DNA from: Octopus sinensis
Lineage: Eukaryota
DNA: 64,000 bases
NCBI RefSeq assembly: GCF_006345805.1
Contig: NC_042998.1
Coordinates: 104,036,001 to 104,100,000, forward strand
Direction of reading: 5' to 3'
The notes beneath the pieces were generated by a model. The model was not told the DNA's origin. It searched no databases and was given only the letters and a program-made list of their open reading frames with translations. The position numbers and the translations under genes were made by a program. This document shows positions 13,516 to 27,415 of the stretch, piece after piece (positions within the stretch are counted from its first letter, which is position 1; each line of letters begins with the position of its first letter).

Positions 13516-14350
13516 TAAGAGGTTTTTCTCTACTGTGACATCTAATTATGTGGTAGCTTATACTTACAAATTAATATATGTTGCTCATTATATTTCGTTG
13601 GTGTTTTCTTGTTTATTCATAATTTTCTAATAACTGAATTGTCATTGCTGTGGTCGTTAAGAGACTGAATAACTTCTGAATGAATAACTTTATGAACAAA
13701 TACATTCTAGCTGTGACACAACCATGTAAAGGAATTTAGGGATATATCATCCAAACATACACGAATTTATTCTTCGGAACGGCAACGTACGATCAGAGGG
13801 AGATTGTGTTGAATTTTTAACATTTTTACGACCATATACTTGCTCCTACATTGTTTTCTTTTATGGAAATATATTTCCCAGGGATTAAATCTGTTTAGCG
13901 TTTCCCAGGGGTCAAAGGTTTTTAAAGTTTTAAACCAGCTCTTAACAGGCTTTAACTAATAACCCTTCCAAACCGACTCCTATATTTTAGTCCTCAAAAA
14001 TATTTTCATGATCAACGAATATCTATCTCTATTTCGATCACTCTTTACCTCTCTTTCTTCCACCTCTATCTCACACTCTCTCTCTCTCACTCTCTTTCTC
14101 TCTATCTTTCTCTTTCTCTATTATTCTCTAGCTCATATAGATAGACATATACACATTATACATATATAACCTTTATACATACACATTCATAATTTTAGAA
14201 ACATGTTTGTTCGCGCGAGCATGTGTGTGCAAGCGCACATATAGGTATTTTTCACCGTAGTGCACATACTTTTATGTATATATATAATATATACATACAC
14301 GCATGCATGCATTCATACAGTCATACATATATATATTACACACACACACA

Positions 14351-14385
<35 letters not shown>

Positions 14386-15339
14386 CCATACACACACATA
14401 TATATATATATATTATATATATATACATACATATTCATATTCATGTTCATATTCATATACATGTACACATACATATGCACCTAAATATACGCATACACGT
14501 ACACATATATCTTGCTTTGCTGCAGAAAGTTTTCCCCGTTTCTTTTCGTCTGAAGTAGATTTCTGACACGATCAAAAGGCTAATGCATAAACAGTGATAA
14601 TATTCGTTATGGCCGCAATATTACCGAACCAAAAGAGTCGTTAAAGAAACATGAATACATGAGAAAATTATTGGAAACTCTCAAGTGTAAATGATTGTCC
14701 AATATTAAAGGCTGGTGTGTGTGCATGTGTGTGAGTGTATGTATGTGTGTGTGTATGAGCATACGTACATATATATATATATACGTTTACATATGTATAT
14801 TTATTTATATATATATATATAAGTAAACGTATGTCTGTGTGTGTGTGTGTGGTGTGTGTGTGTGTGTGCGTGCATGGGCTTCTTATATACCGAAGCGGAC
14901 GATGAAAGTAATCATAATATTAAAAAAAAGGGTATGAAAAGTAACAATATGTATAAGCTAACAAAATAGCAAAAAGAAAAGACAAGTATATAAAGCAAAA
15001 TATGGAAAAATTGCAGTGTAAGGTAACATAAAAATACGATAGATAAAAAAAAAAGGAAGAAAAAATTTGTTGCGATAAAGCCAAAAACTGGGCATTTGGA
15101 TTGAAAAATTTTGTCTGATGAATTCATCTTTTGATTGGTGAGGAAACGAGGTGAAAATTGGCGAACATTTCAAGAACCATAGAATTTCCCCTCGAATCAT
15201 CCCATAATCATGCCATAAATGTATATGAAGACAAACATATTTGGACTGGGAATCATAAAATTAGAAAAAAGATGCAACGTTCAAAATCATTGTGTTCTGA
15301 CGAAATACTACCTTGTAATGGCGGAATACGTCCATTACA

Positions 15340-15597
<258 letters not shown>

Positions 15598-15947
15598 TGT
15601 TCTTCATTACCTGTATATTTTTAGTGTTTTATTTATCTATTTATCATGTGCTACATTCTCATGCACCATCAATTTTTCTCTCTCGTTCTCTCTTAATTTC
15701 TATTTTTCGTATTGCGTGCGTGCTGATGCGGGTATGCATACACAGATAAGCGGGCACTCACACAATATAAGGAATCGAATGAGATCGAGAGGGATACATA
15801 CAGTCATACATACATATATAAATGCGTGAGGGTGGATTTATATACTTATATTTATGAATATATTCCTATTCATACATGTGCGGAGACACACACATACGTA
15901 TGAACACACACACACACACACACACCACACACACACACACCACACAC

Positions 15948-15979
<32 letters not shown>

Positions 15980-16059
15980 GATATACACACACATGCATAC
16001 ATATATGTATATATATATCTATGTATATATACATATGTATTATATATATATATATATAT

Positions 16060-16106
<47 letters not shown>

Positions 16107-16424
16107 CATATACATACACATATACATATACACGTACATACATATGCATACATATTTCTATCTATCAATCTAGCTTGCGCTTCTCCCACTCTCTTTCCAC
16201 CTCTCTCTTTCTCGCGCTCTCTCCCTCTTTCTCTCTCTCTCTCTCTCTTTCTCTCTGTCGCTCTTTCTCTATATATATATACACACACACACGCACTTTC
16301 ACACATGTATGCACACTCACACACACATATATGCATATATGCATATACTTATATATATATGTGTGTGTGTTATATACACATATGTATACATATATTCATA
16401 TATATATGTATATACATATAAGAA

Positions 16425-16870
16425 TTTTTTGCGTAATGAGATAAAAAAACCAAGGCTGTGTAGATATTAGGGCATTTATAGATAGAAGGTCTTACAGCTG
16501 TTTCCAGGATATTTATTAATTATATCCCTTCATTGGAGACGGTGTGCGAGGATGGTTGTCATAGTTAGTTTAGATGTGATACAAAATAGAAAGTGAGGTG
16601 AAGGAAAAAAATAGATGCAAGATATGTAGCGATATTGAAATTGTATATCCATTTTTAAAGTAGAATGGTATATATGTAGGATTCCAATACCTTATGAGTC
16701 AAGTCCAACAGAGTTTAAAATGGGTCCTTCCAAATATAGAGTTTATACACAATGTAAGTTTCCAATAGCTTATGAGTGAGATCCAGCGGTTTTTAAACTT
16801 GGTCATTCCAAGTACAGAATTTACACACAGTATTGTAGAGTCAAAGGTTTTTACTTAAAGTGACCTAAAA
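16425..16870 (-). mobile_element. Penelope-like terminal-repeat remnant with near-intact minimal HHR
   Basis: Minus 16541-16488: GTCT-CCAATGA-aggGATAT..ATATCCtg-GAA-ACAGCTGT-A-AGAC; upstream ~77-bp diverged tandem repeat; abuts a TA-rich tract. Confidence 0.55.
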
Positions 16871-17062
16871 ATAAGGAGTGTATTAGTAGGGTCAAATCGA
16901 AAACAAGAAGAAATTCTTATATACACAGGCTGACATAGAACCAAAGTTGAACCCCTTATTCGCAAAATTACCGACCTGGAACTTAACTATGGTCTGTCTA
17001 TAGCATTTATTCAGCATTACCTGACACCTTTGGGTCTCAGTGACACCATTACCTCTTATACA

Positions 17063-17131
<69 letters not shown>

Positions 17132-17199
17132 TATATATATATATTTTTTTCTAGTTTCAGCTCAGAGCTGCGGCCATGCTGATGCACCGCCGTTAAAGA

Positions 17200-17350
17200 G
17201 TACAGCAGGGATCACCACCCCCTGCCGGAGCCTTGTGGAGCTTTTAGGTGTTTTCGCTCAATAAACACTCACAACACCCGGTCTGGGAATCGAGACCGCG
17301 ATCCTACGACCGCGAGTCCGCTGCCCTAACCACTAGGCCATTGCGCCTCC
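17200..17350 (-). mobile_element. tRNA-derived SINE family B (octopus OR-like), 5' part
   Basis: Reverse complement of ggaggcgcaatggcctagtggttagggcagcggactcgcggtcgtaggatcgcggt.tcgattcccagaccggg, with A- and B-boxes. Confidence 0.85.
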
Positions 17351-18434
17351 ACAATATACAATAAAAACATATATGTACGTATATATGTAATAATGCTACT
17401 ATTTATGTATGTATTAATGTATGAATTCATCGCTCTATATCTTCCTATGTATGTATACATATACATACATACACACACAAATATAGGCATAGATACATAT
17501 ATGTATGAATGCATATATATGCCTATATATATATATGTGAATACAGTAGTAGGTAAGTATGATCCAGGGTCCCAAGTGTTGGCAGTTAGTAAGCTTCGAA
17601 CATTTCTGTGACTAGTACAGACGACAAACAAGCTGAACAACATGCGATAAAACACGTTTATTAACATTGTATGTTACACACTTCGTCGAACATTGGAATT
17701 AAGAGGTTGCCATACAGCTCACAGCGTAGCAGATACTATTCTTCAAATAATGCATGTATAGGCGTATATATATGTGGGGGGGGTGCATGCGTGTGTGTCT
17801 GTGTGTGTATGTAAGAATGTTTAAATATCGAAAAATACAGAACATGCCTAATTATGAACGCATAACCAACTTTGGCCTCAGTAAATATTTTAATTTATGA
17901 TCACATACCCATCACTGTACATATTTCATCTTACTACTTTAGCTTTTGAGTTTCTGTGCACTCATTTATCCCCCTCCCCAAAATGAACAATTACATTCCC
18001 TGTCCCTAATAATAAGGATCAGTAGTTACCTTTCCTTAGGTTTTTCTAATTGTTGATTCACACACAAACTTCCATACAAGAACATGGACTAAAATATTTT
18101 AAAGGAAATATGAAATTACAATAATTCCACTGTCATGATTAGCAAAAGCGAAACCGGTCGACAAACGCAATACTCTTTCTCTTATAAAATATATTTTAAA
18201 ATATATTAAAATTATGTAAACTGTGTGCATTTTCCTTCTTTTATTATATATATATATATGTGTGTGTATGTGTGTGTGTGTTTGTATGTGTGTGTGTATG
18301 TGTGTGTGTATGTGTGTGTGTGTGTGGTGAATTTAAGGAAAAAAATCTCATAAAACTCATCAATTTAGATAAAAAGGGAGACGACAAAATGTTAAAATAT
18401 ATAAGACAATTTTAATCCATGTGAACGAGTACAT

Positions 18435-18488
<54 letters not shown>

Positions 18489-18613
18489 CTATATTATTTA
18501 ATTAATTTAATCTAATTCAATTCAGTAATGAATTTGCATAATTTTATAACTCTGTACGAAACGATGGATGGCTTTTATAGGATTTCTTTCCTTAAATTCG
18601 CAACACATCATAT

Positions 18614-19020
18614 ACTCTTTTATTCTTTTACTTGTTTCAGTCATTTGACTGCGGCCATGCTGGAGCACCACCTTTAGTCGAGCAAATCGACCCCGGGACT
18701 TATTCTTTGTAAGCCCAGTACTTATTCTATCGGTCTCTTTTGCCGAACCGCTATGTGACGAGGACGTAAATACACTAGCATCGGTTGTCAAGCAATGCTA
18801 GAGGGACAAACACAGACACACAAACATATACACACACATACATATATATACATATATACGACAGGCTTCTTTCAGTTTCCGTCTACCAAATCCACTCACA
18901 AGGCTTTGGTCGGCCCGAGGCTATAGCAGAAGGCACTTGCCCAAGATGCCACGCAGTGGGACTGAACCCAGAACCATGTGGTTGGCTAGCAAGCTACTTA
19001 CCACACAGCCACTCCTGCGC
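18614..19020 (-). mobile_element. SINE family A, full length
   Basis: Reverse complement match to 8262-8660. Confidence 0.9.
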
Positions 19021-19238
19021 CTATACAAATATTATTTTCATATTCCCAAATCTACGCCTGTAAAGTACCAGCAAAATATGAAAAATCAACATTAGAAATC
19101 TTTTTTGGAAACCTCCAGATTAAAGGACGAATTTGTTATATATATATCAAGAAAAAGGAGGCAATCAGAATTTTGGATAATTCATTATCATCGCTTTCAT
19201 TCGTTTATTCGAACACTTCAAGAAAATTAAAATCAAGG

Positions 19239-19335
<97 letters not shown>

Positions 19336-19348
19336 GGGGAGAGATAGA

Positions 19349-19383
<35 letters not shown>

Positions 19384-19709
19384 GAAACAGACAGACAGAC
19401 AGAATGAGAGAGTGTGATGCATACATATATACTAAGTAATAGCATATTTAGATATACCTGTATATATGAATACCAGCTCCACTGACATGAAGACCGAAGA
19501 TTCTTGACATCAGATGAGTATAATTTCAGTTACAGTGGTATTGACGAAGTCTGTCGCAGATGTAAAGAAGAGAGAAATAGAAGATCAGTAAAGACACCTA
19601 ACTAGTGTTGTCTGGTGTTACCTAAGACATAGCTTGCTTAACGACACCACCAAAATATATATAAAATAAATATATCAAGCCAGAATGCAATGGCTATCAA
19701 CTTATAGGT

Positions 19710-19938
19710 TACTCTTTTACTCTTTTACTTGTTTCAGTCATTTGACTTTGGCCATGCTGGAGTACCGCCTTTAGTCGAGCAAATTGACCCCAGGTCTTAT
19801 TCTTTGTAAGCCTAGTACTTATTCTATCGGTCTCTTTTGCCGAACCACTAAGTTACGGGGACGTAAACACACCACCATCTGTTGTCAAGCGATGTTGTGG
19901 AGGACAAACACAGACACACAAACATACACATACATACA

Positions 19939-19974
<36 letters not shown>

Positions 19975-20110
19975 CACACACATATATATATATATATACA
20001 TATATACCACGGACTTTTTTCAGTTTCCGTCTACCAAGTCCACTCACAAGGCTTTGGTCGGTCCGAGGCTATAGAAGAAGACACTTGCCCAAGGTGCCAC
20101 GCAGTGAGAC
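19710..20110 (-). mobile_element. SINE family A, 5'-truncated
   Basis: Match to 8262-8660 and 18614-19020; the head is missing. Confidence 0.85.
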
Positions 20111-21309
20111 CTTGGGCAAGTGCTAATGAACTCCCTAGAAAATACTAACTTCCTAATAATGATTAATTCGCCTGAACTCTGAAGTGCGAACGTGATAACG
20201 ACAATATTTAGTCGCATTTATGTCTAAATAATCAGAGTCATTGGAATTGAACCCGAAATCAAGTGATAGTTAAGTGAACTTCTTGAATATCCCGTCTAAC
20301 AAATATTTTCAACAAAATGCTGTAGTTTTAGTACAGCTACCCCTAATTTTAAAAAAAAATCCATCAACGATCTATAAATTTTTAATTCTTTTGTTTGACT
20401 TAAGACCAATTAATGCAAGGATTGGGTATTAAAGACAGAGTAGGGACTCATTTGATTTGAAAAGGGAAGCAGGAAAATTGAGACTAATTATATTAGTGAA
20501 TTTGTCCCGAGTTCTGCGATATTAGCGAATCTCGCCATTCTCGTAGCTACAGATACAAGGTTTGATACAAGATTTAAACTTCTCAAACTCCAAAATCACA
20601 GAACCAGATGGGTAAAAGGCCATAATTCAATACAACGTTCGATAAGCTAATCTAATTCCATGAAAAATTTATATATTTGAATTTCCCTAGAGCATTCGAC
20701 GTAGATAAAGTTGTAACCAAATTAGTGTTCTTTATCCTAAACTCTATTCGGCTTTGTTCTAGGACCATATTTTAATGATATAGTGCTGAATAATCTACCA
20801 ACTCTATACAAATTATATAATGCAATAATAAAACTGAAGGAAAACACATGAATTGTAATTAAATGGAAAATAGCGATATGAAAAAACATGATGTAAACTC
20901 AAATATAATTATGAATGTATGTTTGCAAAAATATATTATTATACATGCAGCTAACTTGTAATTATTCTTTGAAAATATTGTAAAAATAAGTATATTATTA
21001 TTCCATTAATTTTTAGCATATATCAAACTTCGTTTTTGTTTTGTTTTACTTTTTCCTTTATGTTTCAACAACATCAAGCTTCCTCAAAAAATCGAATGCT
21101 CCTTTCCAGTCTGCGTAGGTTTTTCGCAAATTTACAGTGATTTACATTGATTTTGGGTGTTTCGAAGTTGTTAATGTCGATTATCGAGTGGCAGCTGACA
21201 GGAGAATCGAAAGTTCGTTTCCTATGACAAGCATTGAACTTGGCTAATAGGTTTATGAGACAAAAAATTTCCACGTTGTAAGCCCTATTTTTTGCTTTTA
21301 GTTGTTGTT

Positions 21310-21418
21310 GATGATGATGATGATGATGATGATGATGAGGAGGAGGAGGAGGAGGAGGGGAGGAGGAGGAGGAGGAGGGGGGAGGAGGAGGAGGAGGAGG
21401 GGAGGAAGAGGAGGTGGT
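21310..21418 (+). repeat. (GAT)n-(GGA)n purine-rich repeat, G4/triplex-prone
   Basis: Direct reading. Confidence 0.85.
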
Positions 21419-21697
21419 AGATCGGGCCCCATGTTACACCTTACCATAACCGAGCAACCGATTTAACCTTATAGCCAAAAGATTTCTCTCTATTGCAAAC
21501 CTGTTCTGTTCATGATTTCTTTTCTCATCAACAGAACTACATCATCAAACCTGTCTTCTCGACAGTTATTTCTAGCAGTGTGAGTGACCACATACAAGAC
21601 GGGTCATTGGCCCACTGATGAGGCCTAGACAATTTTGGTTTTCATAATTTCGGAGTCGATAACTAAAATACTGCTTCAATACTACGATCAACTCACT

Positions 21698-21732
<35 letters not shown>

Positions 21733-22007
21733 TCCTCTCTCCTCTCTCTCTGTATATATATATAATTATATATATATATATATATTAATATATATAATAT
21801 CTTTTTTCTCTCTCCACCTCTCTCCCTCTCTCTTCCAGCACATATACACGCACTCTCGCGCGCGAACTTCTCCTCTTTTCTCTTTCACAAATTAATTAGA
21901 ATGTAACTATACTTCAATGGTCTTCTCGCATTCTCTTACTCTGATTTGACCTGAGAAATACATTAAGAAAATCTGTGCCCTTACAATACTCAACTGCTTA
22001 CGTATAG

Positions 22008-22931
22008 ATTTCATCACTACGAGAAATTTGTTTGATCGAAGCACTGAATTGCTCGTCGTCGAGACAGACGGAGAATTCCCTAAAAGGGTAAGAAGCTTAT
22101 ATTTAGCGTATTCTGACTATTTCTCTTTAGCGAGACAGCTAAACATCACATCTTATTTTCGATTATGTATTTCAGTCCTTGTATCAACATAAAATATCAA
22201 ATATCGATAATCATGAATTAATATATACAATATTGGGCAAAACAAAAAGACGATTGAAATATTGCTTTCAAGTCTCGTTTTTATTTAAATCTGCAATCTT
22301 ATGTATTATTATATATTTTATTTCTATTTAAACCGAAGGAATATATAAAAGCTATATAAATGCAAAATAGAAATAATTCAAAAGTATTAAAGCCAGACAT
22401 ACCTATGTCATCTATTAAATAGTCACTATCGATCTAATAGAAATAAACTATTATGTGTACATAATAGTAAAATATTATTTCCTAGAATATGACAAATAAA
22501 TTTAATCTAAATATTAATTTCTTGCATTGGCACCGAACCGAAAATATGTCGACTTTGATATCGTCGAATTATATCAATTCCAATTACTGACAGATATTTT
22601 ATCGACTCCCCCTTGTAAGCTATTAAGCAATCAGCGAAGCAGGCTTCGAATACTCAGTGCGGTTTGATGGTTTTTCTACCACATCTGTTTTCGTAATACA
22701 TTACAAATTTGTCTTTTTCGTGTAGATTCTTGATATTCTTCAATAATTATCAGTTAATATGGCAAGATGGCAAGCAGTTTGAAGTAAGTGTACGCTCATA
22801 ATTTCCATGTTATCTTCCCTATTGAATATACAATTTCGAACGTACTTCTGTTGTTCTTATTAGATTGTCGATGTGCAGGAATCACTGTACACCTACCAAC
22901 AGCACAATCACCACGCAATACAATGAATAAA
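22008..22931 (+). other. Candidate spliced transcript: exons 22008-22087, 22726-22783, 22864-22931
   Basis: GT-AG sites (AGG|GTAAGA, GAA|GTAAGT, pyrimidine-rich acceptors); an 80-bp final intron; phase-compatible frame ending TGA with overlapping AATAAA; product not recognised. Confidence 0.3.
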
Positions 22932-24032
22932 CTTCTATATGATCAGTCAACCTGCTACAAATTATAGACAAATTACCCTCAAACAACACTCAAAGATGTT
23001 ATTTTTTTTTAAAAGGAGGCCCATGTTAAATAATATATTGTTATAAGCTATGTTTGAAAAGACAGGATGGCCACGACTAGAATATCGTTCACCAAAGTCC
23101 TCTTCCAGGATTTATTTGGCGACTGCTTCACCGGTCCAGCGTTTAAAAAAACTGTTTCAAACGATCATATCACCTTTTGTGCAGTTAAGTTCCGATTTAA
23201 ACAGTTATTTCAATTTATATCTATAGCAGATGTAATGCTTCACATATTCCTATAGTTACTCTTCCTACTTCCTTCTGTACACACTCTTTTTTCTCATTCT
23301 ATTTGTATTCTTCTTATCCTTCTTCACACATACATTATATTTCTATTTCTCATGATTTCGCATATCATACTTGCTAATATTCTTCTTGTATCTTTTAGAA
23401 TTATCTAAATTTCCTCATGTTCTAAATTCTATTTATACCCCTCCTTTCTCTCTCTCTCTCCCCATATATATAATCTCAGGTAAATGGTAGTATGACCTAG
23501 TTCCTCAGAACTACAACTAGCCATTGTCCAATGTGGTTGTAGTTCAACCTCAAGCTATTTTTAAAAAGGAATCCAAAAGACTCACATGCTGATAACACAA
23601 ACACACAAAAGCATACCGCTATCTCAGTCTGTAAGCAACTCTCTATCCATGAGGATGTGAACGAATATTTGTCAATTTTTGCCCTGAAGAGATTTATACC
23701 TTTTAAATGCATAAGGCAATCGTAATTGCAAAATATGAATGAAGGTAAGGAATTGAAACGTACGTAGGCGATTGGAAATTGACTATTATATAAATAAAGT
23801 AATTTTTTTCTGTGTTCAAAACCTCCATTTTCCTTATAGTATATCATTGAAATTTTGTTCTCCTATGTAGAATGGATGAAAACATCTATAACGATAACTG
23901 GAACTTCATAAGTGTTAACACTAATAGTAACACAAATTGATTAAATCCAAAGTATATTAATCGATATGGAGCTAAACCGGAGATGGATAAAATACATCTC
24001 TGTGAAAAGGCAACCTCTTTCCATTCGAAACT

Positions 24033-24060
24033 CTGTGTGTGTGTGTGTTTGTGTGTGTGT

Positions 24061-24110
<50 letters not shown>

Positions 24111-24117
24111 TGTGTGT

Positions 24118-24151
<34 letters not shown>

Positions 24152-24165
24152 TGTGTGTGTGTGTG
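24033..24165. repeat. (GT)n microsatellite
   Basis: Direct reading. Confidence 0.97.
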
Positions 24166-24425
24166 CATCTATCTGTCTTATCTCTTTCTCAGCATCTTTT
24201 CCCATTCGCTTGTTCATACTCGCTTACTTACACCATTACTCAATCTTATTCACTTAGCATGTTACTTTATTTCTCTCATATATCATCAGGCAATATGAAA
24301 TAAATTTAACCCAATAAAGCATAAAATTCACATTGTCTAAACAGAGAAATCCCTTGATATATGTGTGTATGTGTGTATGTGTACATATAAATATTTGTAT
24401 TATGTGGGTGTATACATATATATAT

Positions 24426-24479
24426 ATAACAAATTAATAAATAAAACATATGCATATGTTTTATTTATTAATTTGTTAT
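24426..24479. repeat. Perfect 54-bp palindrome with no loop
   Basis: ataacaaattaataaataaaacatatg|catatgttttatttattaatttgttat. Confidence 0.95.
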
Positions 24480-25154
24480 TACACGACAGAACGCACGCAT
24501 CCATCCCTATATATATATATATATATATATATTCATGTATATATATTTATATATATACATACATACATACATACATACATACATACATACATACATACAT
24601 ACATACATACATACATACATACATACATGTGTGTTTGTGTGTGTGTGTGTGAGTGTGAGAGAGAGTCTTTACCCAGAATTGTTTGCACGTTCTTCCTTAT
24701 CAGCGTTTCGTAATGCAACGAAGATTGCAAAGCTAGCTCGGACGAGAACAATAGTGACGGAGATCACTGTAATGAGACTGCAATTATGCATCTAATGAGA
24801 AACAAAAAAAAGAGATAATGCTGGAAAGAAACCTAGAGACAAACAAAGGGTCAAAAAAAGGAAAAGTGTGTCAACAGAAAGGATGCGAGAGAGACCGTAT
24901 GATAGACTGGGTAATAAAGAGATGCAAAGTTTAAAGTGAGATTAAGACATGTAAAGATGTAGGCACAGAGAGATAAGGAGAGAAGCAGAGAAAGAGCAAA
25001 TGGAAGGTGTAGAAAGTGGGAATACGTATTGAGAAAAGAAGTGAAAAATGAAATACTTTTTATGTTTTTTAATCTGCAACTTATCGGGTTCTTTGTGTTC
25101 TTCCTTAGCCCAACGAATGAGCACCGGGGTTAAAAGTTTTCTAGCTGTCACCAT

Positions 25155-26104
25155 TCTAAAATTTATTCCAGGTATATTTTAAGACTGTGTTATTCATTTA
25201 TGAAGACGGTAGAGTGTGAAAATTGAAGTGTATGGTTGACTCTTAGTCCCAGTAGGTCAAAGAAACCATACAGAAAGTCTCTGGTGGTTTATTCCAGACC
25301 AAAGGAGTCGGCTTTAACAGCACCCTGAACACAGTTTAAACATTGCTAGTCACAACTGACTAGTTTGTGGAATGCATTTGGGACGTTTGGAAGCTCGCTA
25401 AGCAATGAAGTTTGTTTTTTTTTATTAAACAGGGCAAAAACGCGACAGAAACTTATGAAATGCTCCCGATTACTTATGGATTAACTTTTCCGATGGTGCA
25501 AGAGCTCCAAAGACAGTAGAGAGAAAGTGAGTGAATTTGAGAGATGTGGGAAGAAGAAAGTCGTCAGGATATCAGTCTGGTTGAGAAAATTCGCTATTTT
25601 TGGAATGAGAACAGTTGTTTATCTATAAAGACAATACGCATACAGTTTGAAGATGGTGTGGCAACTATACACAGAATTATTTATGAAGATCTGAGCACGC
25701 ACAAAATTCTTCATGAAGATTTGAACATGCGCAAAAGTTTGTTCCTAAGGTACTCAGTAACGAGCACTCTGATAACCAACTACTTGACAGAGATGGGCAT
25801 CAAAACTGCCCCTCACCATCCCTACAGTCGAGACCTTGCACCCCGCGACTCTAGGTTGTTCCCCAAGCTGGAAGAGGACATCAAAGGCAGTCTTTTTGAA
25901 GATGAAGGGTCTTGGACAAGGGGCTTGGAAACCTTCACTTAGGAGGTTTTCCATGCGGCCTCCATGAAGTGGCCGGAACGCTGCAACAGACGCATTGAAA
26001 TCAGAAGATCCTTCTATGAAGGAGATTAGAGTTTTATACTTCCTTGAAATTAATAAATGTCTATCCTGAAAAAGTTCCAAAACTTCTGGAATGCAACTCG
26101 TATA
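25155..26104 (+). mobile_element. Internally deleted mariner element
   Basis: FFIKQGKNATETYEML, ATIHRIIYEDL, YLTEMGIKTAPHHPYSRDLAPRDSRLFPKL (HPPYSPDLAP motif); right TIR-like end ...cttctggaatgcaactcgTA at 26060-26104; left boundary approximate. Confidence 0.85.
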
Positions 26105-27146
26105 ATGAGTCAGACAGAAAACAGAAAGTCAACCTTATTGAGAGATACAGTGGTCAGTGAATAGTGGGCACAATAACAATTTCCTATAAATGCAGGGAGT
26201 TGTGAGGGAGAGGTAAAAAAAAGAGTAGTGGAAATAAAGAATATGTGTTAATGGAATGAGAGAGGGAGTAGGAGATTGTCTGAGGAAATGAAATAGTTAT
26301 GGGTGATACTAGAAAGAGAGAGGGACAAAGAGTTAAAGGAAGGTGTAGTTGTGCGAAAAGGATGAAACATTGGGAATGGGGAAACAGACGGTTAACGTGA
26401 ACGGGCATTATACAGAATAGAGAGGGATATTTATGTATGACGGGAATAAAAAAGGTCACAGGCGAGGAGAAAGAAAGTTGGCTAATTTAAGGGTGTTTTG
26501 ATGTCTGTACTGCTATTAAAAACGGCAGCAGTGCAGTACACATCTGGCTAATGTTTATACATTGTTCAATCCATATTGTAATATTACAGCGATAGAAAGG
26601 AACACGGCACTGATTAGCGCCACAGAATTCGGCCCTACGACACACAAAAAACCCTAATAACAGGAGTTGAAGAAAACGGTGTTTTTGTTGTTGTTTTTTC
26701 ATCTTTCTACTTTTAACATTTTTTATGAAATTCTTTTATTTTCATATACATTTTTTCTTTCATTTATTTTGACATTTCCTTGTTTGTCCGGCCGTAACTA
26801 GGAATATTCAATCATGTTCGTATCATTTCATAGAAACACACACAGACAAATCTGAACAAATACACACACAGACTTTTCAAAATACGCCAAACGGTAGAAG
26901 TAAAACCATGGAAGATGTGTACATAAAAAAAAACTGCTTTAAGAGTAAACAGATACAAATTCTCATTTACTGACGTATCCAGCTAATGTCACATATTCAA
27001 ACAATCAACAGCACGAAACAACGAAACAGTTATTCACACATTCTACTCTATAAGCTAAAATTATACCAGTTACATTAATTCACGTGCATACACATATGCA
27101 TTTACACATGTTAAGTGATGCACAGATTTACAAACACTGATACTAA

Positions 27147-27415
27147 TACATTATTTACATTATTTACATTTGGCAGATATTTGTCTTCATCTTGTTTGTT
27201 GTTAACGCAACGATTCGGCTGATATACTCTCCAGCCTTTATCAGGTGTCTTGGGGAAATTTTGAACCTGGAAAAAAAACATTAGGAATGAGAACCCAGGT
27301 TCGAAATTTCCCCAAGACACCTGATGAAGGCTGGAGGGTATATCTGCCAAAACGTATTAACAACAAACAAGAGGAGGACAAATATCCGTCAAATGTAAAT
27401 AATGTAAATAATGTA
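27147..27415. mobile_element. Inverted pair of Penelope-like HHR-bearing terminal repeats
   Basis: Arms 27147-27270 and 27295-27415, 24-bp spacer; each arm has a mutated GACAC-CTGATGA-A-GGCTG..CAGCC-GAAAC-GT-T-GTGTT motif; same family as 39580-39725. Confidence 0.85.

Noticed and set aside
15110-15330. CTGATGA and CTGACGA motifs as hammerheads
   Set aside because: No paired stem II adjoining a GAAA; the neighbouring GTAATGG/CCATTAC hairpin does not fit the topology
21074-21274. 66-aa minus-strand ORF and similar unique-sequence frames (1182-1397, 19500-19600, 35208-35450, 57830-57930, 59110-59265)
   Set aside because: No recognisable domain, weak or one-sided splice signals, and lengths compatible with chance
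23510-23548. Hairpin gaactacaac..gttgtagttc as a pre-miRNA
   Set aside because: Only ~40 nt with a 10-bp outer stem; too short and not extendable
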